Shown here in pieces: positions 20,062-29,897 of a stretch of 32,000 nucleotides of DNA. This DNA is from Candidatus Saccharimonadota bacterium (GTDB taxonomy: Bacteria > Pseudomonadota > Gammaproteobacteria > Enterobacterales > Enterobacteriaceae). The first letter of the stretch is position 1, and every line of letters starts with the position of its first letter. The stretch lies in the NCBI GenBank assembly GCA_036689235.1, contig CP144769.1, positions 118,481-150,480 of the forward strand, given 5' to 3'. The notes below the pieces were generated by a model, which saw only the letters and a program-made list of their open reading frames with translations, made no database searches and was not told where the DNA came from. Position numbers and translations under genes: made by a program.

Positions 20062-22483
20062 TTATATATAAATATTTTTTTTATTATAATTAATATTTTC
20101 TCTTATAAAAACTTTTCTAGATTTAATGTCATCACCCATTAAAATTTCAAATAATTTATTAGTTTTAGTAATATTTTTAATATATACTTTAGATAAACTT
20201 CTATTTTTAGGATTCATAGTAGTATTTCATAATTGATCAGGATTCATTTCACCTAAACCTTTGTATCTTTGTATAAAAAAATGTTTTTTATTATATTTTA
20301 AAACATAATTTATTAATTTATAAAAATTATTAAAATATTTTTTTTTATTATTTATTAAAATATATTTCTTATAATCCATATTAAAAAAATATAATTTTTT
20401 ACCTAAATTTAATAATAAATTATAATATTTTTTTAAAAAATCTATATAAATATAAATATATTCATAAAAATAATAATTTAAAAATTTAAATTCAAATTTT
20501 AAAAAATTTCCAAATTTATCTTTTAATACTTTACAAATAATTTTTTTTTTAAAAAATAAATTATTATTATTTAAATAAAAAGAAAAATTTTTAATTCATA
20601 TATAATAATTTTCATTATTATTATAATCTAATTTTTTAAAAAACATTAAAGAATTTAATATATAAATAGAAAATTTAGTTTTTTTTTTATGAATTAATTT
20701 TAAAAAATTTAAATATTTTATAACTAATTTAATTAAAATATTATTATTTAATAATATTAAATTATTTTTATTATTAAATATATTTATATTTTTAAAACAA
20801 AAATATATTTTATGTTTTATTAAACTATATTTATTAGAAATATAATATTCATTACTTAAATATTTTATTTTATATAAAGGAGGTCGTGCTATATATAAAT
20901 GACCATTATTAATTAAATCAGGCATATATCTATAAAAAAAAGTTAATAATAAAGTTCTAATATGAGATCCATCAATATCAGCATCAGTCATAATAATAAT
21001 ATTATTATATCTTAATTTTTTAATATCAAATTTCTTATAATTTATTCCACAACCTAAAACAGAAATTAAAATATTTATTTCTTCTGAAGATAAAACTTTA
21101 TTTAAATTATTTTTTTCTACGTTAATAACTTTACCTTTTAAAGGTAAAACCGCTTGATTAAATCTATTTCTACTTTGTTTAGCAGAACCACCAGCAGAAT
21201 CACCTTCAACTATAAATATTTCATTTAATTTAGAATTTTTTTGTTGACAATCAGCTAATTTACTAGCAAAAAAAGATAAATCATACTTATTTTTTTTTTT
21301 ATATAAATCTTTTATTTTTCTAGAATATTCTCTATTTTTACAAGAAATAATAATCTTATTTATAATATCTTTAGCATCAAAAGGATTTTCTAACAAAAAA
21401 TTATATAAATTATCACTTATAAATGATTCTACTAAAGATTTTATTTCATTAGAAATTAATTTATTTTTAATTTGAGAAGAAAATTTTGGATTTGACATTC
21501 TAATTGATAATATACAATACAAACCTTCTCTAATATCATCACCAATAATATTTTTAATATATTTTTTTTTATTATTATTTTCTTTACTTAAATATAAATT
21601 AATAGTACGAGTTATAGCTAATTTTAAACCTAATAAGTGAGTTCCACCATCAGATTGAAAAATATTATTAGTATAACATAAAATTTTATTTTTAAATGTA
21701 TCTATTCATTGACAAACAAATTCTAAAGAAAAATTTTTTTTTTTTTTTTTTAAAATAAAAAATATTTTTATTAATTACATTTTTATTTTTTATTAATGAA
21801 ATAAGAAATGATTTAATACCACCACTATTTAAAAATATTTTTCTTTTTTTATTTAATAAACTTAATAATTTTATTTTTAAATTATTATTTAAATAAGATA
21901 ATTCATTTAATCTATTAAATATAATATTATAATTAAATTTATAAGAATTAATAAAAATACTTTTATCCGGTCAAAAACGTATATATGTACCATTTCTATA
22001 AGTATTACCTATAATAGAAATTTTATTCTTAGGTTTACCAAAATTATAAATTTGATAAAATATTTTATTATTTCTATATATTTTTAATTCTAATTTTTCT
22101 GATAATGCATTAACTACAGAAATACCAACACCATGTAATCCTCCAGAAATTAAATAAGAATTATTATCAAATTTACCTCCAGAATGTAATACAGTCATAA
22201 TTAATTCAACACAAGATAATCCACTTTCTTTATGAATATCTATAGGAATACCTCTTCCATCATCTAATATAGAAATAGAAAAATCTTTATGTAAAATAAC
22301 AATAATATTTTTACAAAATCCTGATAAATATTCATCAATAGAATTATCAATAATTTCAAAAACCATATGATGTAAACCAGAATCATCAGAAGTATCACCT
22401 ATATACATTCCAGGACGTTTACGTACAGCTTCTAAACCTTTTAATACTTTTATACTAGAAGAATCATAAAGATTAATTGGCAT
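20062..22483 (-). CDS. gyrB: DNA gyrase subunit B; reading frame broken inside an A18 tract (needs 17 or 20 A)
   Basis: N-terminal part: [39 protein letters not shown]. After the tract the frame is +1: [14 protein letters not shown]...[60 protein letters not shown]. Stop at 20062-20064. Span is 2422 nt (3n+1). All other segments were verified in frame. Confidence 0.92.
21734..21751 (-). repeat. A18 homopolymer on the gyrB coding strand; site of the frame break
   Basis: Counted 18 T on the + strand (7+10+1 across sequence blocks). Upstream codons run ...IFYF-(AAA)6. The downstream conserved frame begins AAT TTT TCT using the last two A. Confidence 0.95.
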
Positions 22484-22517
22484 AATTTTATATACTTATT
22501 AAAAAAAAATTAATAAT

Positions 22518-23645
22518 TTATAATTGAACAGGCATAACCATATAAGTTAAAAAAATATTATTTATATCAACTATTTTAGTTATAGATAAAGAATCTTTTA
22601 TATAAAAACGTATATTTAAATTATTTTTAATAGATTTAAATATATCTAAAATATATTTTATATTAAAACTAATTTCAATTTTATTACCATTATAATTTAT
22701 AGATATTTTTTCTTTTATTTTATTATTATTAAAATCATTACTATAAACTAATAAAAAATTATCATAAAAAATTAAAGTAACATAACTAGATAAATTATTA
22801 TTTATAATAGAACAACGTATTAAAGCGTTTTTTAAATCATTACTATTTATATCAATATAAATATATTTATTAGATAAATATAAAATATTTTTATAATCAG
22901 GAAAAGATCCATCTATTAAACTAGAATAAATAATAATATTTCCATAAATAATTTTAATTATATTTTTATTAATATAAAAAAAAATATTTTTATTATTAAT
23001 TAAATCTAATAATTTAAATAATTCAATAATTAATTTTCTAGGAATAATTAAATAAAAAAACTTATTCCTTTTATAAATAAAATTATCTAATAATTTATAT
23101 ATAGATATACGATAACCATCAGTAGTAACAAAATATAAAAAATTATTTATAAATTCTATTAACATTCCATTTAAATAATAATAAATATCTTGATTTCCCA
23201 TAAATAAATGTAAATTATATATAATATTTTTAAAAATAAAACTATCAATACAAAAATTATAATTAAAAAAAATATTTTTATTTAATATAGGAAAATTACT
23301 AACAGGTAAAGTAGATAACGAAGAAACACTATTTAAACAAGATATAATTAATTTATTTTTATAATAATTAATATCAATAACACTTCCTTTTGGAAAACTA
23401 TTACATAATTCATAAAATTTATTTAAATTTACTGTTATAGATCCATCTTTAAAAAATTCACCATTAGATAAAATTATATTATAATTAATTTCCATATCTA
23501 AATTAGTTACTATAAAAACTAATTTATTAAAACTTAAAATTAATAAAATATTTGATAAAATAGGATTTTTTAATGATTTACTTATATAAGTATTAAATTT
23601 ACTTAATAAAATAACAATTTTTTCTTTTTCTATTATAAAATGCAT
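22518..23645 (-). CDS. dnaN: DNA polymerase III beta sliding clamp
   Basis: 375-aa ORF directly upstream of gyrB in conserved dnaN-gyrB order. Length and N-terminus (MHFIIEKEKIVILLSKFNTYISK...NPILSNILL) are typical of DnaN. The C-terminus ...YMVMPVQL resembles the conserved ...MPMRL end. Confidence 0.88.
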   Translation of the reverse strand: MHFIIEKEKIVILLSKFNTYISKSLKNPILSNILLILSFNKLVFIVTNLDMEINYNIILSNGEFFKDGSITVNLNKFYELCNSFPKGSVIDINYYKNKLIISCLNSVSSLSTLPVSNFPILNKNIFFNYNFCIDSFIFKNIIYNLHLFMGNQDIYYYLNGMLIEFINNFLYFVTTDGYRISIYKLLDNFIYKRNKFFYLIIPRKLIIELFKLLDLINNKNIFFYINKNIIKIIYGNIIIYSSLIDGSFPDYKNILYLSNKYIYIDINSNDLKNALIRCSIINNNLSSYVTLIFYDNFLLVYSNDFNNNKIKEKISINYNGNKIEISFNIKYILDIFKSIKNNLNIRFYIKDSLSITKIVDINNIFLTYMVMPVQL

Positions 23646-24112
23646 ATTTATATATTAATAATATTTTATAAAAATAAATAAATAAATTTAATTATAATAT
23701 TATTATATAATAATTTTATAATATTTTATAAAATAAATATATTATTTTAATTATAAAATAATATTAAACTAAATTTTATAAAAAAAATAATAAAAAAATA
23801 AATATATATGTATTACGTAAATAATATTAATAATAAAATATATTTAATAATATATTTATAATATATTTAAATAAAATTAAAATAAATAAATTAACAATTA
23901 AAATAATAATTAATATAAATAAAATATAATAAAATATATTATATTATATATAAATATAAAAAATCATAAATTTTATAAATATAATTATAAATTAATAAAC
24001 AATATAAATAAAATTAAAATATTTCTTTAGTATTTTATAAAAATATAATAATATAAAATATAAATAATAATATAAAATAAAATTAATTAAAAATAAAATA
24101 ATAATAAAAAAA
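23646..24112. other. 467-bp, nearly pure A/T divergent spacer at the position normally occupied by dnaA/oriC; candidate origin/promoter region
   Basis: Lies between divergent dnaN (-) and rpmH (+). No ORF and no DnaA-box-like 9-mer seen. Contains 4 exact copies and 1 near copy of the palindrome TTTTATAAAA. Confidence 0.3.
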
Positions 24113-24247
24113 ATGAAAAGAACATTTCAACCTTCAATAATAAAAAAAAAACGCAAACATGGATTTAGAAAAAGAATGAAAACTAAAAACGGAAGAAAAA
24201 TTATCTCTTACAAAAGAAAAAAAAATAAAAATAAAATATTTCAATAA
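24113..24247 (+). CDS. rpmH: 50S ribosomal protein L34
   Basis: 44 codons. [31 protein letters not shown]... matches the L34 consensus [20 protein letters not shown]. Confidence 0.92.
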   Translation: MKRTFQPSIIKKKRKHGFRKRMKTKNGRKIISYKRKKNKNKIFQ

Positions 24248-24548
24248 AATTTATAAAAATAAAAAAAAATATTATATTAAAATAAATACATATAAATTTT
24301 TAATAATAAAATATATATATAATAATAATAAATTTCCAAAAATAGCCATTTTAATAAAAAAAAAAAATATAAAATTATCAACAAAAAGAAATAAATTTAA
24401 AAGAATAATATTAGAAACATTTAGAATAAACCAATATAAAATAAAAAAACTAAATTATTTAATAATTTTAAAAAAAAATATATTACTATTAAAAAAAAAA
24501 TATATATTTAATTATTTTAATAAAATATGAAAAAAATATTATATATAA
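24159..24548 (+). CDS. rnpA: ribonuclease P protein component; start uncertain
   Basis: Conserved core [31 protein letters not shown] corresponds to the RNR motif region (RIG..V.KK...A..RN..KR..RE.FR). Ends at TAA 24546-24548, with one TGA=Trp at 24528-24530. The only in-frame ATG/GTG/TTG upstream of the core is ATG 24159, inside rpmH. The alternative is a non-canonical ATT start at 24249. Confidence 0.7.
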
Positions 24549-24604
24549 ATAATTTTGTTTTACTTTTAAATATTTAACAATATTTTATTTTTTTTATAAA
24601 AATA

Positions 24605-26002
24605 ATGAATAATACAAAAGATACTATTTTAGCACAATCAACACCTAAAGGATATGGTGGAATAGGTATAATAAGAATATCAGGCAATAAAGTAAAATAT
24701 ATATCAAAAATAATATTTGGAAAAATAACAAAAAATAGATATGCAACATATTTACCAATAAAAATTAAAAAAAATACAATAATAGATTATGGAATAATAA
24801 TATATTTTAAAAAACCTAATTCATTTACCGGAGAAGATATTTTAGAAATACATAGTCATGGAGGTCAAAAAATAATAGAATTAATTATAAATTCAATAAT
24901 AAAATTAAATATAAAAAATGTAAGAATAGCTTTTCCTGGAGAATTTACTGAAAGAGCTTTTATAAATAAAAAAATAGATTTAGTTCAAGCAGAATCTATA
25001 AAAGAACTTATATATTCAAATTCTAAAAATAAAATATTTTCAGCTATACAATCATTAAAGGGAAAATTTTCTAATAAAATTAAAAATATAATAAACGTTA
25101 TAAAAAATAATTTAATTAATATAGAAAAAGAAATAAATTTTTCAGAAAATGAAATAAATATATATAATGTAAATAATATTAAAAAAAATATAAAAAATAT
25201 ATATGTAAAAATAAAAAAATTATATATTAAATCAAAAAATAATTTATCAAAAAATGATAAAATTAAAATAATAATAATAGGAAAACCAAATGTAGGAAAA
25301 TCTAGTTTAATTAATAATTTAACTTCAAAAAATATATCAATTGTAACAAATATAAAAGGAACTACAAGGGATATTATAAAAAAAAATATAATAATAAATA
25401 ATAAAAAAATTAAAATAATAGATACAGCAGGAATACATAAAACAAAAAATAAAATAGAAAAAATAGGTATAAAAAAAACATGAAAAGAAATAAACAAATC
25501 AAATATAATAATATTTATAGAAAATTCATTTAAAATATCAAAAAATAATATTATTAAATATTATAAAAAAAAAATACTAAACAAAATAAAAAAAAAAAAT
25601 AAAATACATTTATTATTACGTAATAAAATAGATTTAACAAAAGAAAAATTTAATATTATTAAAAAAAAAAAATATATAATATTAAATATATCAATTAAAA
25701 AAAAAATAGGAATTAAAGAATTAATTAAAATTATAAAAAAAAAAATTAAAACAATAAATATAAAAAACAATTTTTTAACAAATGAAAGACATATTAATTT
25801 AATTAAAAAAAGTTTATATAATTTTAAAAAAATAAAAAAATTAATTAAAATATATTATTTTAATAAAAAAATAAATTTAGATTTAATATATGAATATTTA
25901 TATAATATACAAAAATATTTATGTGAAATTATAGGAAAAAACATTATTTTATCAAATAAAATTATAAAAAATATATTTTCTAAATTTTGTATAGGTAAAT
26001 AA
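24605..26002 (+). CDS. mnmE: tRNA modification GTPase MnmE (TrmE)
   Basis: 24605-25483 plus the unlisted 3' part form one frame through TGA at 25481-25483 (verified). N-terminus DTILAQSTPKGYGGIGIIRISG, G1 GKPNVGKSSLIN, G3 DTAGI, and the invariant C-terminal FCIGK. 465 codons. Confidence 0.9.
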
Positions 26003-26025
26003 TAATAATAAAATAAATATAAATT

Positions 26026-26994
26026 ATGACATCTATAATAATTAAAAATAAATATTTTAATAAAAGAATAGATATATTTTTATCAAATAAAATAAAAAAT
26101 TTTTCAAGAAATAAAATACAAAAATTAATAAAAAATAAAAAAATTTATTTAAATAATAAAATAATAAATAAAAATAATACAAAAATATACCCAAAAGATA
26201 TAATAAAAATATTTATAAAAAAAAATAAAAATAAATATTTAATAAATAAAAATATTAAAATAAATATAATTTATGAAGATAAATATTTATTAATAATAAA
26301 TAAAAATAAAAATATAGTTGTACACCCTGGAATAGGACATTTAAATGATACTTTAATGAATAAAATAATGTATTTATATCCTAATAATAAAAATATCCCA
26401 AGATATGGAATAATACATAGATTAGATAAAAATACAACAGGATTATTAATTATAGCAAAAGAAATTAATAGTTATAAAATATTAATAAAAAAATTAAAAA
26501 AAAAAAAAATAATACGTATATATAAAACTCTAGTAAATAATAATAATATTAATAATTCATTAAAAAATTTTGGAATTATTAAAAATTATATAAATAGAAA
26601 TAAATATAATAGAAAAATAATGTCAATTACAAAAAAAAATGGAAAAAAAGCAATTACTTATTTTAGAATAATAGAAAAATTTAATTTCTTTACTTTATTA
26701 GAAATTAAATTAGATACTGGAAGAACTCATCAAATAAGAGTACATATGAATTATATAAATAATCCAATAGTAGGCGAAAAAATATATACAAAAAAAAGAA
26801 TATTAAATAAAAAAAAAATTTCTAAATTATTAAAAAAAAAAATAAAAAAATTAAATAGACAAGCTTTACATGCAACAACATTGATATTTAAACATCCAAT
26901 AAATAAAAATAAAATTGTTATTAATTCACAATTACCTGAAGATATATTAGATATAATATTTTTATTAAGAATAGAAAAAAAATACAATATTTAA
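26026..26994 (+). CDS. rluD: 23S rRNA pseudouridine synthase, RluD/RluA family
   Basis: 322-aa ORF. HRLDKNTTGLLIIAK (catalytic Asp), TGRTHQIRVH and QALHA motifs. S4-like N-terminus. Confidence 0.85.
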   Translation: MTSIIIKNKYFNKRIDIFLSNKIKNFSRNKIQKLIKNKKIYLNNKIINKNNTKIYPKDIIKIFIKKNKNKYLINKNIKINIIYEDKYLLIINKNKNIVVHPGIGHLNDTLMNKIMYLYPNNKNIPRYGIIHRLDKNTTGLLIIAKEINSYKILIKKLKKKKIIRIYKTLVNNNNINNSLKNFGIIKNYINRNKYNRKIMSITKKNGKKAITYFRIIEKFNFFTLLEIKLDTGRTHQIRVHMNYINNPIVGEKIYTKKRILNKKKISKLLKKKIKKLNRQALHATTLIFKHPINKNKIVINSQLPEDILDIIFLLRIEKKYNI

Positions 26995-27416
26995 GAATTT
27001 AATTTTAGTCATCTTTCTAAAATTAAAACAGCTGAAATAGTATGAATATTATAATTTGAATAAAATAAATTATATAATTTAAAATTATTATTTATAAAAT
27101 TTCTAGCAGCACAAGAAGTAAATCTTTCATCTGAAAAAAAAATTTGTAAATTAAATTTATTTATTAAATTATTTGCAAATTTTTTAATATATATTTTAAT
27201 TAATTTACAATTATTATTTTTAATATAATTATAAGGATAACCAATTACAGCTATTTTAATTAATCAAATATCTAATATTTTTTTTATATCCATCCAATTT
27301 ATTGGAATACCATGTTTAGCATTTATAGAAATTAAAGGATTAGCTGTTTTAGTATAAAATTGACCTATAGCAATACCTATATTTTTCATTCCAAAATCAA
27401 AAGAAATAATAAACAT
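26991..27416 (-). CDS. ruvX: putative pre-16S rRNA nuclease / Holliday-junction-resolvase-like YqgF (RuvX)
   Basis: Not in the track because it has three TGA=Trp codons. Verified ATG 27414-27416 to TAA 26991-26993; 141 codons. Motifs ISFDFGMKNIGIAIGQ, IAVIGYPYN, FSDERFTSCAAR and SAVLILERW match the YqgF pattern. Confidence 0.85.
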
Positions 27417-27444
27417 ACTATATTATTAATTTAAATTAAAATTA

Positions 27445-27476
27445 AAATTATTAAATTATTAAATTATTAAATTATT
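27445..27476. repeat. four tandem copies of AAATTATT; a (TA)10 microsatellite lies nearby at 27549-27568
   Basis: Counted directly in the ruvX/sufB divergent spacer. Confidence 0.8.
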
Positions 27477-27745
27477 AAGTTAATATAAAATAAAATATAT
27501 TAATAAATAAACATATTATATTATATTATATAATAATATAAATTATAATATATATATATATATATATAATATATTTATTTAAATTTATATATATATCTAT
27601 TATATAAATAATATTAACAATATATATTCTAATATTAGTTAAAATAAAAAAAAAATAAATTTATTATTAATAAAATTTATTTTTAAAATATTTAATAATA
27701 TAAACAAAATTATTAAAAATAATTTAATTATTAATTAATAAAAAA

Positions 27746-29128
27746 ATGATACATAAAAAAAAAAAATATATATATAAATTAGGTTTTAAAACAAAAATCA
27801 AAAATGATTATATTAAAAATGGTATAAATAAAAATGTTATAATTAAAATTTCAAAAAAAAGAAAAGAACCAAATTGAATGCTTAATTTAAGATTAAGAGC
27901 ATTTAATATATGAAAAAAAATGAAAAAACCAAAATGATTTAATGGAAAATATAAAAAAATAAATTATAAAAAAATTATATATTATTCAGCACCAAAAAAA
28001 AATAATAAAAAAATAAAACAAACATTTGATAAAATTGGAATTAATTTTAAAAATAAAAAAAATAATATAGCAGTAGATGCTATACTAGATTCTATTTCTG
28101 TAAAAACAACTTATAAAAAAAAACTTTTAAAATTAGGAATTATATTTTGTTCTCTAAATGAAGCTATAAAAAAATATCCAAAATTAATAAAGAAATATAT
28201 TTGTAAAGTAGTACCAATAAATGATAATTTTTTTTCTTCATTAAATACAGCAGTATTATCAGACGGTACATTTATATATATTCCTAAAAATATTAATTGT
28301 CCAATAAATTTATCATCATATTTTAGAATAAATGCAAAAAATATAGGTCAATTTGAAAGAACTATAATAATATTAAAAAAAAATAGTCATTTAAACTATA
28401 TAGAAGGATGTTCAGCACCAAAAAGAAAAAATAACCAATTACATGCAGCAGTTGTAGAAATAATTTTATATAAAAATTCAGAAATAAAATATTCTACTAT
28501 ACAAAATTGATATCCAGGAAGTACATCTAAAAAAGGTGGAATATATAATTTTGTAACTAAAAGAGCTTTATGTAAAGGAAATAACAGTAAAATATCTTGA
28601 ATACAAATAGAAAAAGGAGCTAATATAACTTGAAAATATCCTAGTGCAATTTTATTAGGTAATAAATCAATAGGTAATTTTTATTCATTATCTATAACTA
28701 AATTAAATCAACAATCAGATACTGGAACAAAAATGATACATATAGGAAAAAAAACAAAATCTATAATTTTAGCTAAAAATATTTCACAAGAAAATAGTAA
28801 AAATACACATAGAAGTATAGTAAAAATATATAAATCAGCAATTAAATCTAAAAATTTTACACAATGTGATTCACTATTAATAGGAAAAAAATCATCTGCA
28901 TATGCAATACCATATATAAAAACAAAAAATAAATATTGTAATATAGAACATGAAGCATATTCTTCTTATATAAAAGAAGAACAAATATTTTTTTTGTTAC
29001 AAAGAGGTATAAATAAAAAAAATGCAAAATATATGATTATGAATGGTTTTTGTAAAAAAATATTAAATATGCTACCTATAGAATACTCTTTAGAAATTGA
29101 ATATAATTTATTTAATAATTTAAAATAA
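27746..29128 (+). CDS. sufB: Fe-S cluster assembly scaffold protein SufB
   Basis: The track shows only the last 131 aa. Upstream, 329 further codons are in the same frame with seven TGA=Trp (all lines verified). Motifs DAILDSISV, FERTIIIL, YIEGCSAP, LHAAVVEIIL, QNW-YPG, TKMIHIG and CDSLLIG. 460 codons. Confidence 0.9.
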
Positions 29129-29135
29129 TAATATT

Positions 29136-29897
29136 ATGTGTATATTAAATATAAAAAATTTATATGTAAAAATTAAAAAAAAAATAATACTAAAAAAAAT
29201 AAATTTAAAAATAAAAAAAAATGAAATACATATTTTAATGGGACCAAATGGATCTGGAAAAAGTAGTTTATCATTAGTAATAGCGGGAAATAAAAAATAT
29301 AAAATAATAAAAGGTAATATATTATTAAATAAAAATAAAATAAATAAAACTTCTGTAGAAAAAAGAGCTAAAAATGGATTATTTATATCTTTTCAAAATT
29401 CTATTGAAATATCAGGTTTAAATAATGAATTTTTTTTACAACAATCTTTAAATTCTATAAGAGAATATAATAATAAAAGAAAACTTAATATAATAGAAAT
29501 AAAAAAAAGAATACATAAAATAATTAAAAAATTAAATTTTAATAAAAATTTTTTACATAGATCTTTAAATAAAGGTTTTTCTGGTGGAGAAAAAAAAAAA
29601 AATGATATACTTCAAATACTTCTATTAAAACCTAAAATGATTATATTAGATGAAATAGATTCCGGATTAGATATAAAAAGTTTAAAATTAATCTTAAAAA
29701 TTATAAATAAATTAAAAAAAAAAAATAAATCTTTTTTAATAATAACACATAATACAAAAATTATTAACAATCTTAATACAAATTTTATTCATATTATATA
29801 TAAAGGAAAAATAATTAAATCTAGTAATGATAAAAATATTTCTAAAATAATAGAAAAAAAAGGTTATGAAAATTTTATTAAAAAAAAAAAAAAATAA
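29136..29897 (+). CDS. sufC: Fe-S cluster assembly ATPase SufC
   Basis: 253-aa ORF. Walker A GPNGSGKSSL, ABC signature FSGGEKKKNDILQ, Walker B ILDEIDSGLD. Confidence 0.92.
   Translation: MCILNIKNLYVKIKKKIILKKINLKIKKNEIHILMGPNGSGKSSLSLVIAGNKKYKIIKGNILLNKNKINKTSVEKRAKNGLFISFQNSIEISGLNNEFFLQQSLNSIREYNNKRKLNIIEIKKRIHKIIKKLNFNKNFLHRSLNKGFSGGEKKKNDILQILLLKPKMIILDEIDSGLDIKSLKLILKIINKLKKKNKSFLIITHNTKIINNLNTNFIHIIYKGKIIKSSNDKNISKIIEKKGYENFIKKKKK

Noticed and set aside
23646-24112. Search for DnaA boxes, a dnaA remnant or a small ORF in the dnaN-rpmH spacer
   Set aside because: I saw no TTATCCACA-like 9-mer (the spacer has almost no G/C) and no ORF of meaningful length in any frame. I therefore call it only a candidate origin/promoter region, not an annotated oriC.
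24985-26987. Track ORFs 24985-25497(-), 25561-25770(-) and 26751-26987(-)
   Set aside because: They are antisense to mnmE and rluD, and their F/I/L composition is a mirror artefact.
27417-27745. Possible CRISPR or structured regulatory repeat: 4x AAATTATT (27445-27476) and (TA)10 (27549-27568) upstream of sufB
   Set aside because: The units are too short, have no spacers and are pure A/T low complexity. This is ordinary microsatellite-type sequence in this composition. It is kept as a repeat feature without functional claims.
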